Positions 25,088 through 34,367 of a DNA stretch of 41,309 nucleotides are shown here, in pieces. Position numbers and translations under genes: made by a program. Position 1 is the first letter of the stretch. Each line of letters begins with the position of its first letter. Source of the stretch: a bacterium (GTDB lineage: Bacteria; Patescibacteriota; Minisyncoccia; Phycocordibacterales; UBA5272); the NCBI GenBank assembly GCA_043718735.1, contig JAYSVC010000030.1:1-41309 (forward strand). The letters run 5' to 3'. Below the pieces are notes generated by a model. That model was not told the origin of the DNA, searched no databases, and saw only the letters and a list, made by a program, of their open reading frames with translations.

Positions 25088-25696
25088 TTATTTTACCTTG
25101 ATCAATACTTCTCGAATCTGTGGAAGTAATGATGTTGTGTCATTCTCTTCTTTGAGTGTTTTCTCTCCGAAGTTAATCAAATATACTTCACCATAAGGAG
25201 AGTATGACTGAAACTTGTAAATTACTTTTTTTGAAGAAGTAATTTCTTTTTGACAAAGTCTTATTGAGCCATACTGATCTCTTTTAATGTTAGGGCAACT
25301 TGTATATACACTCCCTCCGAGATAACTATTATCTTTACTTGTAGAAACATAACCACCAGAATCAAGAACATCTTTAAGTAATCTGTCATTAATTCTCGTA
25401 AAGAAAACGAAGCTAACTTTGTCATTCTCCGAGTAGCAGACGCTGACCACTGGATGATTAGGTCGTGGATAATAAGAAGCTGTATCATCAAAGTAACAAA
25501 TCATATTTTCTTTTAATGATTTAAAGTCAGGATCACTGAGATCGAGACCTTGTATGTTGAACTTCTCAACCATTTGGTTGTAGGCTTTTTCACCCGTAAC
25601 TTTGTTGCCAAAGTTATTAGTGGCAGTCGCACAACCAGTAAGCAAGGTAAGCAACACAGTAGCTGTCAAAGCTAACAAGTTCTTAATTAATTTCAT
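25088..25696 (-). CDS. Putative lipoprotein (202 aa) with 4 further Cys
   Basis: Lipobox LLTGC after a signal peptide. AGGAGA SD. Confidence 0.65.
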   Translation of the reverse strand: MKLIKNLLALTATVLLTLLTGCATATNNFGNKVTGEKAYNQMVEKFNIQGLDLSDPDFKSLKENMICYFDDTASYYPRPNHPVVSVCYSENDKVSFVFFTRINDRLLKDVLDSGGYVSTSKDNSYLGGSVYTSCPNIKRDQYGSIRLCQKEITSSKKVIYKFQSYSPYGEVYLINFGEKTLKEENDTTSLLPQIREVLIKVK

Positions 25697-25807
25697 GTAT
25701 ATCTCCTGTAAATGAACGAATTGATGTGACTAATAAAGGTTTTCTATCTTTATTAAGTATGTAATTATTATATACTTAATTATCTATTTTGTCAATAGTT
25801 AAGATTC

Positions 25808-27037
25808 TTAGATTTTATTTAGCTCGAACTTATAAGCAAGTTCCTCACTCACTACTGGACAAGTAAAGTCTTTTTTGCCAAAAATTTTATATCTATTGCT
25901 AGCTATCAAATCATACACTTTGTCTGAGATTTTTAATGGTATTAATTTTATAAAGAAAGCAAAAACTTTAAAGACTCCACCACATGCATCATAAATATAA
26001 AGCACTGCCTTGGTCTTACTTAGTACCTCCTCACCATTCATCACTAATATACTTTTGATTTTATTATTTGTGACATATTTTTTATCAGACATAAAATCAG
26101 TGTCTTGTATGTTTTTAAAGTAAACTTTATTTTCATGATCCAGATTAATTATATGCTTTACAAAATTATGGCACAAGCCACAATATCCATCATAATAAAT
26201 ATTTATTTTTTTAATATTTTCTTTGCCCCTTATCCAAACTGGATCAAAAACAACTAAGCTGTATATTAACATGAGTAACTGTATGTCGGTGAGATTCATA
26301 AAAAAAAGAAGTCCGAGCTGTAATGCAAAAATAGAATACCAGATTTTCTCCATCCAGTTTTTACTTAGAAAAGCTAGTGGCACGATGAGCTCATCCAAAG
26401 CCACAAAATAAGTTAATAACTTTTTAAAATAAACTGGTACAGAATTATATATATCCTGAATAAAACCACCTCTAAAAAGTTGATGATTACCTATTAACAC
26501 TAATGCATCTCCCGACAGCCAACCATAACTAATTATCTTAGTGTAGCCACTATAAAAATAATACCCAGCAAAATTAATCCACAAAGCTAAAAATATAAAA
26601 GGTTTTGTATAAATGTTTTTATTTTTCTTGATACTATCATCAGTCTTTTTATAAGGAATACTGGCAAAAGCAGATATTATCAAAAGCATTAAAAGTGTCT
26701 GACTACCAACATTAGTAGTCAGTGGACTAATCAGTCCAAAACAAACAAATATATACCATAAAATAATAGAAGACGTGAAAGAAGTTTTTCTAAAGAGTAA
26801 GAATAAGGAGACAAAGAAAATAGAACCCCAAATATATTTTGCATTGTCACCACTAACATAATTTAAAAAATTAGGAATGAACCACATTATATTCTCTGAG
26901 ATTTTTGTAAACTGAGAAAAATCCTTGTTATAAAGCAAATCAAAATATTTATATCCTGAAAAGGTGTAGGCATACAAGTAAATAACCAGTAACAATCTCC
27001 AAAAAATATTATAATGATAATCTTGTCTGTTTTTCAT
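25808..27037 (-). CDS. Fusion protein: polytopic membrane domain (HTTM/SdpB-like?) + C-terminal DCC-family thiol-disulfide oxidoreductase (DUF393)
   Basis: About 270 aa of multi-TM sequence come first. Then INIYYDGYCGLCHNFVKHIINLD...YFKNIQD, the DCC CxxC signature. The HTTM assignment is tentative. Confidence 0.65.
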   Translation of the reverse strand: MKNRQDYHYNIFWRLLLVIYLYAYTFSGYKYFDLLYNKDFSQFTKISENIMWFIPNFLNYVSGDNAKYIWGSIFFVSLFLLFRKTSFTSSIILWYIFVCFGLISPLTTNVGSQTLLMLLIISAFASIPYKKTDDSIKKNKNIYTKPFIFLALWINFAGYYFYSGYTKIISYGWLSGDALVLIGNHQLFRGGFIQDIYNSVPVYFKKLLTYFVALDELIVPLAFLSKNWMEKIWYSIFALQLGLLFFMNLTDIQLLMLIYSLVVFDPVWIRGKENIKKINIYYDGYCGLCHNFVKHIINLDHENKVYFKNIQDTDFMSDKKYVTNNKIKSILVMNGEEVLSKTKAVLYIYDACGGVFKVFAFFIKLIPLKISDKVYDLIASNRYKIFGKKDFTCPVVSEELAYKFELNKI

Positions 27038-27039
27038 AA

Positions 27040-27534
27040 TTAATTTTTACAATATACTATGTTCGTATATTCTTTTACTTTTCTTTTAGTATTTTGAGAG
27101 ACTAATCTCCTTCTAACTTCCACTCTTTCATTTGTTGGGTCCTCACAAAATATTTGTTTTGCTGCCAAGTATTTTGAACTAGTTTTAAGGTTTCTAACTT
27201 CTACGGGATTTTCGAACTGGGATAATATCAAATTAGTTATGACTTTGTTATAGCTATGATTGAATACTGGCTTTATGGGTTTTATATTTTCAACTGTACC
27301 ATCTTTTTTAAAAGCGAGGACATACACTTCACCACCAAGAAAATTACTATACTTTCCATCAGTAGAGGTAAAGACTCTGGTATTAACCATAAGAGTAGTG
27401 TCTTTGAAAAAAGAATTAGGAGAAATTAATATACCAAGAAGTCTAATAGCAAAAGAGACTATAAACAAAAATGACAGCATTTCAAAAAATGTAATATCTA
27501 TATTTTTTATTCTTTTCTTAACTAAAGAAAACAC
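27040..27534 (-). CDS. Hypothetical membrane-anchored protein (164 aa), translationally coupled to the HTTM/DCC gene
   Basis: GTG start 3 nt after the upstream stop. Its own stop lies 2 nt before the downstream ATG. One N-terminal TM segment. Confidence 0.55.
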   Translation of the reverse strand: MFSLVKKRIKNIDITFFEMLSFLFIVSFAIRLLGILISPNSFFKDTTLMVNTRVFTSTDGKYSNFLGGEVYVLAFKKDGTVENIKPIKPVFNHSYNKVITNLILSQFENPVEVRNLKTSSKYLAAKQIFCEDPTNERVEVRRRLVSQNTKRKVKEYTNIVYCKN

Positions 27535-27537
27535 GGA

Positions 27538-28164
27538 TTAAATATTAAAATAATTCTTAGCTTTTGTAAAAAGACTGTCATCTGTTACATCTTTTATTAA
27601 AGCATTTAATTTTCTGTCTACTGTTTCCTTTTTTCCTTCTGGATCAAAATCACATACGAGGGCAAAATTATCCAAGTCTGGGTCTTGCTCATGAGGGAAA
27701 TAAAATACCGAGAAGTTCATGAGTCTGGTTGTGCTAGAAACAAAAGAGATAACACAGTCTGACTTTTGCTTATTCTCCGCATCTACATTACATTTTATTT
27801 TCTTTTCACCTTTTTCACCTGTAAGCTTACGTATTAAGTCTGAGAAAAAAAGCTGCATGACTGGGCCATTTAATTCCTTAGTCTTCCAGCCTACAGCAGT
27901 ATAGAAGCTGTTAACAGCACGAACATTAGTGTTACAGTTAATATACCAGTACATTTCTGATTCCGCTGGTTCTAATGGAGAGTCTTTTTCACAAAGAAGA
28001 TTCTTCAACGCCTCCTTATCCTTTACACCATAGCTAAGATTTTCTTTTATGTATGTCAGAGTCTCACCCTTGTTTTCATTTTTATATTTATAGTAAAACA
28101 AAGAAGAAATTATGATGACTAGGAGTGTGGCCAAAGTTACGCCAAATATTATTTTTTTGTTCAT
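27538..28164 (-). CDS. Hypothetical membrane-anchored protein (208 aa) with several Cys
   Basis: N-terminal TM segment. First gene behind promoter module copy B. Confidence 0.6.
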   Translation of the reverse strand: MNKKIIFGVTLATLLVIIISSLFYYKYKNENKGETLTYIKENLSYGVKDKEALKNLLCEKDSPLEPAESEMYWYINCNTNVRAVNSFYTAVGWKTKELNGPVMQLFFSDLIRKLTGEKGEKKIKCNVDAENKQKSDCVISFVSSTTRLMNFSVFYFPHEQDPDLDNFALVCDFDPEGKKETVDRKLNALIKDVTDDSLFTKAKNYFNI

Positions 28165-28219
28165 GAATTAATTATACTTTAAATAAATGAATTAAGTGGG
28201 TAAGTTATGCACAAAAAAT
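28165..28219 (-). promoter_or_regulatory. Copy B of the conserved ~58-nt leaderless promoter module
   Basis: Aligns without gaps to 24996-25050. TATAATTAAT ends 2 nt before the ATG. Confidence 0.55.
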
Positions 28220-28242
28220 CCCCCTCGCTTACGCTCGGGGGA
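28213..28242 (-). terminator. Rho-independent terminator after CDS 28309-30333
   Basis: Stem TCCCCC/GGGGGA with an inner GC/GC pair. A U-run follows on the minus strand. Confidence 0.55.
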
Positions 28243-28308
28243 TATATATTTCAATATATTCTCTTAATTACAACTCATTTTTCATAAATTGCTTTTAATT
28301 TTATTATC

Positions 28309-30333
28309 TCAACCAAAAACTTTTTTCTCTTCTATTTTTGGACATCTTTCGTTAAAAAGTTTCCAAAGCTTCCAGATTGTAACAGGCACATAAATAATGG
28401 CCCCGCCTATCATGGAAAAAATTATTACAAAAAATCTTAAAGCTTTTTCTAAAAGATATTCTAGCTTTGCTAAAAATATATTCTCTTTAGATACTTTCAC
28501 TTCTTCTGCTTTATCTATTTTTACTGGTTTTATAACCCTATCCAAAATAATGTTACCATACTCAGTTTTTATATACGTACCGTACCCATTGGCTTGCCAT
28601 ACTTCTGCCATCAATTCAATATCAATTCCTTCAGCATACATCATCTGAAACTCAGGTCCTGAGTGCCATAATATCCTACCGACGGTAGTGTCGTACGCTT
28701 CAGCCAATGAATTAATCACTTCTACATTTTTTGCATTTAACAAAAAGTGTTGAAGTTCTTTTACATATTCATAGTCATAATCCATAAATCTACGTAAAAG
28801 ATCATGTGTCTCATAACTGAACACACCCATCAAGCTCCTGCTGTCTGAAAAAATATTTTGATTCTTAGCAAGTGAACTTGAAAATAATCTGTTTAACTTT
28901 CTTTTTGTCGCTCCACTATTCATGTCAGCGATATACTCTTCTACCTGCTTTTTGTATGGGTCACAATTGCCAGAATAAAAGATAATGCCCAAAAACAAAA
29001 CAAAAGAGAACAAGGCAATAGTCAAATCTAAGTTAAGAGGCAAATCAAAACCTTTTACTGGAACGAACCATAATAAAGATACAAATATCACAGCAAGGAA
29101 ATACATGAATACCTTCATCTTTTTGAAAAGTTCATAACGCTTTTCTAAAGACTCTTCTTTTTTACTGTCTACCACTAATTGCATAGCGATAAAAATAAAC
29201 ACTCCGATAACTAATCCTAAAATAGGAAAGAGGGCATTTTTATATATAGCAACTAACACCTCCAGAAACTTTTCATGCCTTGTCGCATCAAGATAAATCA
29301 TAACTGGTGTTAAGGCAGAAAATAATTTACTTAATACTGGCAACCTGAAGAGACTCTTTTTTTCATGCGCGTAAGTTATAATACCCCACACTGTAAAGAG
29401 GAATAAAGTGAGTGAGTTGATTCCAATAATCAAAACAATTAAACCAACTAGTCCTGCAGCCAGAAAAGAAGCACCAATAACCTCAATTATTTTTTTCCAA
29501 AACTCTTCGTCGTAGCTGGTATTCTTGAACATATGTAACCAACCCCAAGCAATTAATATACATGGAGTGACAGCACCAAGCACTGAAAATAACCAAGCTT
29601 GCCAGCCATAAGAAAACACAGAAGCAACGGCAAAGAGTGGTGATAGTATCAAAAAGAAAAACCAGCCAAACAAAGTAATCCAGAACCCAGGACAAATGTA
29701 AGGTGACAATTTTACTTTTTCTTTTCCCCATAATGCATTTTTACGCATCAGATGATAAAAAATAAAATAAATACCTAGCTCTTCCTGATTAACTTCAAAG
29801 CCTTTCTCTTTGTCATTACGTAGTAGATCACGCATCACACTTTTGTTTACAGGTTCAGAATGTTCCTCATTTGCGTAAGTTGTAAATCCAAAACCAAAAC
29901 CAAAAAAATCATGGGCTATTGCTTTTGATTCTTCGTATTTTGATTTTTTATTTTCAACTGGAGTCTTTACAAAAAACTCTACGCATTTCCAGAACTTGTT
30001 ACGCATACCCTGTTTGTAGCAAGGCATTATGTTTCTATCATTACCAAGCAAATACATATTAGCATGTGCCAGCAAGGTGACTATCTGGTCACTTGTTATT
30101 CTTTTTAAGAATAACTCAAAACCTTGAAAGTCAGTATTACTCCAACGTAACCAGCGACGAAAGATATCAGCTGGCAACAAATGTGCTGCCGCAACTACGC
30201 GATAGCGCATGTCACAACGATTGTCTTCCAGAATATTCTTAAGAACTTTTTCTTCATTTTTAACAATGCCATTTCTAAGGCGCTGCCAAAAATTAAGATA
30301 GTTTTTATAATCTCTTACAATGAACGTATCCAT
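28309..30333 (-). CDS. Large polytopic membrane protein (674 aa), unknown function
   Basis: About 200-aa soluble N-terminus, then many TM helices and a soluble segment before the last TM. AAAGGAG SD. Confidence 0.7.
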   Translation of the reverse strand: MDTFIVRDYKNYLNFWQRLRNGIVKNEEKVLKNILEDNRCDMRYRVVAAAHLLPADIFRRWLRWSNTDFQGFELFLKRITSDQIVTLLAHANMYLLGNDRNIMPCYKQGMRNKFWKCVEFFVKTPVENKKSKYEESKAIAHDFFGFGFGFTTYANEEHSEPVNKSVMRDLLRNDKEKGFEVNQEELGIYFIFYHLMRKNALWGKEKVKLSPYICPGFWITLFGWFFFLILSPLFAVASVFSYGWQAWLFSVLGAVTPCILIAWGWLHMFKNTSYDEEFWKKIIEVIGASFLAAGLVGLIVLIIGINSLTLFLFTVWGIITYAHEKKSLFRLPVLSKLFSALTPVMIYLDATRHEKFLEVLVAIYKNALFPILGLVIGVFIFIAMQLVVDSKKEESLEKRYELFKKMKVFMYFLAVIFVSLLWFVPVKGFDLPLNLDLTIALFSFVLFLGIIFYSGNCDPYKKQVEEYIADMNSGATKRKLNRLFSSSLAKNQNIFSDSRSLMGVFSYETHDLLRRFMDYDYEYVKELQHFLLNAKNVEVINSLAEAYDTTVGRILWHSGPEFQMMYAEGIDIELMAEVWQANGYGTYIKTEYGNIILDRVIKPVKIDKAEEVKVSKENIFLAKLEYLLEKALRFFVIIFSMIGGAIIYVPVTIWKLWKLFNERCPKIEEKKVFG

Positions 30334-30373
30334 AAATACTCCTTTTAAAAATTGAAATATGGTTAACTTTAAA

Positions 30374-30403
30374 ATAATAACATAATCACTCTCTCTCTGT
30401 CAA
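30374..30403 (-). promoter_or_regulatory. Promoter TTGACA-N18-TATTAT with TGT extended -10
   Basis: Minus-strand TTGACA at 30398-30403, TGT at 30380-30382, TATTAT at 30374-30379. Confidence 0.5.
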
Positions 30404-30444
30404 TGTAAATATTTTTAAGGACACTCTTAAGAGTTATATTATTT

Positions 30445-33400
30445 CTACGCTTTTTTAACTGCAAAAACATCACCAATAGTCACTTCTAATATCTTCATTT
30501 CTTTTTTGTATACATCATCTATTAACTCTACTCTACTGCTCTCAATAACTAGAAATATATTATCAGAAGAAACTAGCCCGAGCTCTTTTCTTCTGTCTTT
30601 TACCTCTCGACTTAATTCTCTTTGTTTACCTTCTCTTATTAGTTCTGGACTTAAAGTAAAATCTAAAATATTTTCTTCAATTTCCTCACTGATGATTATC
30701 TCTTTTACATTTAATTCTTCTCTTATTATCGCTTCATATTTTTCTAGAATATTTTTAGGAGTATTTTTATTCAGGGTTAACCTTGATAATGGTTGACGCA
30801 CTGGTGTATTATTTTTCTGCCTCATCATAAGCACACTGGTTACTATCTCTCTCACTTGCATCATTTCTTCTAAGATATTTTTTTCATTCCCGTCCAACTC
30901 TTTTTTCTCTGGATATTTTTGAAGGTGCACACTATCATTTGCTGTTACTGTATTTATTTTATTTACATTTTGATATACACGCTCAGCGAGGAACGGCATA
31001 ACAGGAGCTATAACTTTTGCGAATTCTACAAAAATATATTTCATAGTTTCTAATGCTTCTAATTTATCTTCGTCACCCTTCAGTCTGTCACGACTGCGAC
31101 GCAAATACCAAGTAGACAGATCATCTACGAACCTATCTACCTCACTCACTGCGACATCGAGCTTATAATTTTCATAACCATCTACACTTTTATTTACAAC
31201 TTCTTGAAGTCTAATGAGTATCCACTGATCTAAAATATTTTTAGACTTTGTATCTGCTTTTATATTTGCCATATTTTCAGAATACATATTATAAAAGTCT
31301 ATTACATTTTCTAATCTTTGTATATTTTTCTTATACACCTCTTCTGGTAATGCATCCGTAAACTCTACACCTTCACCACGCATAGCAGGACTGTTAACTA
31401 GTGCAAAGCGTATGGCATCTGCTCCGAACTTTTCTACTAGCACCATCGGATCTGTGTAATTCTTAAGACTTTTTGATAATTTCTCACCACCGGCAGCTAA
31501 TATGTGACCATTCACTATTACATTTTCAAATGGCACCTTATCAAAAAGACCGACACCAAGATTAATGAGCGAATAGAACCAGCCACGTGTCTGGTCTACA
31601 CCCTCAGCTATAAAGTTAGCCGGGAAGTTTTTGTTAAAAGTTTCTACGTTTTCAAAGGGATAATGCATGCTAGCATAAGGCATGGACCCCGACTCGAACC
31701 AGCAATCAAAAACATCACCGATAATTTTCATGTCTCCACCCTTACCATCTTTTAATATAACTCTGTCTATGTATGGACGATGAAGATTAATTAATCCATT
31801 CTCATCACGAGAAAGTGGCCTCCATATTGCCTCTCTATAATCTCCAGTCTGCACAAAAGTGTCATGATCTCTGTGGTGAGGCTTATCAGCATCTCCGATT
31901 ATCTGACTGTCTGACCTGGCTAGGCCATTGGCTATTACTGCCTTCACTAATCCCAAGTGAGTCACCATTAAAATATTTTTATCTTTAAAATTATTCTCAG
32001 TCTCCATTACTAAGTTACCAACTCTTATCTTCATTTCGTTATAACTCTCTAATCCATATTCATTTGAACTAAGATCATTTGCATGATTCTCAAAAACTAT
32101 TTTATGAGTGTCATCAAAACATTTACCATCTAATGTTCCCAGTCCATGCTCACGTAATCTGTCATCATAAATTATCTTACTTTTATCATAACCTATTACT
32201 TCTGCTACCAAGCCCGCAGTCTCTCTCGTTCTTAGGAATGGGGAACAGAATATAACATCTATATTCTTACTTTTTAATTTTTCTGCCGATTCTCTTACTT
32301 GATTTTTCCCATTTTCAGTTAAGTGATTTTCTGGGTCGCCACTCGAGTCATATTTTTCTTGACCATGAACATTGTGCATCGCCTCACCGTGACGCATTAC
32401 TAGGTATTCGTTATTTGATTTTTGTTTACTCGCCAAGTCTTCTAATGAGCCAGCTACAAATACTTCACTACCGTCTGCATTTTTCCATATTGGTAATGGC
32501 GCACCCCAATATCTTTTTCTTGATACTGCCCATTCACGAGCACCCTCTAACCACTTGCCAAATCGTCCATCACGCATATGCGAAGGGACCCAAGAAGTTT
32601 TCAGATTTTCAGATATTAACTTCTCTTTTATTTTAGGGACATCTACGAACCATGAAGAAGTGGCATAATTAAGTAGAGGTGTCTTACATCTCCAACATAA
32701 CGGGTATGAGTGTACTATTTTTTCTTTTGAAAATAATTTTCCGCTGTGAGCTAATAGCTTTACTATTTCTATATCTGTAGACATGCTGTCATCTTTTTTC
32801 TTAACCACAAGATTTTTTAGTGCTGGTAAATCAATTTCCACTTCGTTTACGAAGTGACCATTCATCAACACATGCTTTATTACTGGTATCTTATTTTCTT
32901 TGGCTAGCTCCATGTCCTCAGTTCCGAATGCTGGCGCTTCGTGAGCGATACCAGTACCGCTGTCGTCAGTAATAAAGTCTGCGTGCCACACTTTCCAGAT
33001 ATTCTCACTATTTTCTAATTTATTCAAATACTCTTCATTGTTAAAACTATTGAATACTGGCTCATAACTTTCCCCTATGTATTCATTTATGTCGACACTT
33101 TCTACGACCTCAAAAACGCCTTTCTTTTCAAAGACTTTTTGTATTAATTTAGTAGCCACTATAAAAAATTTGTTCTCATTTTTAACTATACTATATTCTA
33201 AGTTTTTATTAATAGCGAGAGCTGTGTTACCTGGTAATGTCCACGGTGTAGTGGTCCAGGCTAATATATACAAATCATTACTGTTATATTTTTTATTTTT
33301 TAATTTGAATTCTGCTATGACTGTCATGTCAGTAATGTCATGATACTCGAGACCAACTTCTGACTGAGCGAGTGGTGTCTCACATCTTGGACATATATGC

Positions 33401-33969
33401 ATTATCTTATACCCTTCATAGGCTAACTTTTTTTCATATAAATTTTTCCATGCCCACCATACGCTCTCAGTATAAGTCCAATCCATAGTCTTATATGCAC
33501 TCTTCATATCAACGAAGCGCCCGAGACGCGGAACTATTTGTTTCCATTCTGCATCGTAACGCATAACACTGTCAGCACAAGCGTCAGTGAATTTACCAAC
33601 ACCTAACTCCTCTATTTCTTTTTTACTATTTAGATTTAATTCTTTTTCTATAAGGTTTTCTATAGGTAGTCCGTGGCAATCCCAACCCCAGACGCGACGC
33701 ACGCTGTGACCCTGCATTGTCTTGTATCTTGGTATTACATCTTTTATGGTGCCAGCAAGTATATGTCCGTGATGTGGTAATCCAGTTGCAAATGGAGGCC
33801 CATCGTAGAATGAAAAAGATTTTATCTCATTACTGCCTAGTGGTAATCCAGCAGGAGACTCAACAGATTTTTCAAAGATTTTATTTTCTTTCCAAAAATT
33901 AAGTGTTTCTAATTCTTTTTCATTTATTGTTTTTTTAATATTTAAATTATTTTGATTTGTGTTTTGCAT
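30445..33969 (-). CDS. ileS: Isoleucine--tRNA ligase with an inserted histidine-phosphatase domain
   Basis: HIGH motif PHHGHILAG and KMSKS motif KLSKSLKN. Also WTTTPWTLPGN, FDCWFESGSMPY and DQTRGWFYS. The insert at about residues 516-725 carries RHG/His_Phos motifs. Confidence 0.93.
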   Translation of the reverse strand: MQNTNQNNLNIKKTINEKELETLNFWKENKIFEKSVESPAGLPLGSNEIKSFSFYDGPPFATGLPHHGHILAGTIKDVIPRYKTMQGHSVRRVWGWDCHGLPIENLIEKELNLNSKKEIEELGVGKFTDACADSVMRYDAEWKQIVPRLGRFVDMKSAYKTMDWTYTESVWWAWKNLYEKKLAYEGYKIMHICPRCETPLAQSEVGLEYHDITDMTVIAEFKLKNKKYNSNDLYILAWTTTPWTLPGNTALAINKNLEYSIVKNENKFFIVATKLIQKVFEKKGVFEVVESVDINEYIGESYEPVFNSFNNEEYLNKLENSENIWKVWHADFITDDSGTGIAHEAPAFGTEDMELAKENKIPVIKHVLMNGHFVNEVEIDLPALKNLVVKKKDDSMSTDIEIVKLLAHSGKLFSKEKIVHSYPLCWRCKTPLLNYATSSWFVDVPKIKEKLISENLKTSWVPSHMRDGRFGKWLEGAREWAVSRKRYWGAPLPIWKNADGSEVFVAGSLEDLASKQKSNNEYLVMRHGEAMHNVHGQEKYDSSGDPENHLTENGKNQVRESAEKLKSKNIDVIFCSPFLRTRETAGLVAEVIGYDKSKIIYDDRLREHGLGTLDGKCFDDTHKIVFENHANDLSSNEYGLESYNEMKIRVGNLVMETENNFKDKNILMVTHLGLVKAVIANGLARSDSQIIGDADKPHHRDHDTFVQTGDYREAIWRPLSRDENGLINLHRPYIDRVILKDGKGGDMKIIGDVFDCWFESGSMPYASMHYPFENVETFNKNFPANFIAEGVDQTRGWFYSLINLGVGLFDKVPFENVIVNGHILAAGGEKLSKSLKNYTDPMVLVEKFGADAIRFALVNSPAMRGEGVEFTDALPEEVYKKNIQRLENVIDFYNMYSENMANIKADTKSKNILDQWILIRLQEVVNKSVDGYENYKLDVAVSEVDRFVDDLSTWYLRRSRDRLKGDEDKLEALETMKYIFVEFAKVIAPVMPFLAERVYQNVNKINTVTANDSVHLQKYPEKKELDGNEKNILEEMMQVREIVTSVLMMRQKNNTPVRQPLSRLTLNKNTPKNILEKYEAIIREELNVKEIIISEEIEENILDFTLSPELIREGKQRELSREVKDRRKELGLVSSDNIFLVIESSRVELIDDVYKKEMKILEVTIGDVFAVKKA

Positions 33970-34023
33970 ATTTGTTACTGAGTGGTTTTAGGTTAATAGC
34001 TTTTTAATCTTGTGGGATTTTAC

Positions 34024-34250
34024 AAATAAAAATCACCCAAGAGTAAAACTAATAAATTAATTTTATTCAAGGGCGATTTGCTTTTGCAATTTGTCGCGGT
34101 ACCACCTTGTTTTATAAATATATTTTTAAAAATATATTTAACTTATTTATGGGTTCTACTATTTAAATTTTGCCCTTGAAAATATTAACAAGAGTTGTAT
34201 CTAAACTTCTTCCCTAGCTCCGAGGTGATTAGTCTCTTCAGTGCTTTATA
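34024..34250 (-). promoter_or_regulatory. T-box riboswitch leader of ileS
   Basis: T-box sequence GGTGGTACCGCG (34095-34106, minus strand). Antiterminator CAAGG[UGGUACC]GCGA...UCGC CCUUG at 34068-34109. A competing terminator AUCGCCC/GGGUGAU plus U-run lies at 34024-34077. Confidence 0.85.
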
Positions 34251-34285
34251 TTTATATACTAACATAGTAATAAAAAGATAAACAC

Positions 34286-34314
34286 TTTACAGATATTATA
34301 ATATAGTGTATAAT
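34286..34314 (+). promoter_or_regulatory. Promoter TTTACA-N17-TATAAT
   Basis: TTTACA at 34286-34291 and TATAAT at 34309-34314. Upstream of CDS 34368, which has an AGGAG SD. Confidence 0.55.
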
Positions 34315-34367
34315 AAAAAAGATCTTTTGTAATTATACAAAGTGACAAAAAATAGGAGTATCAAACA

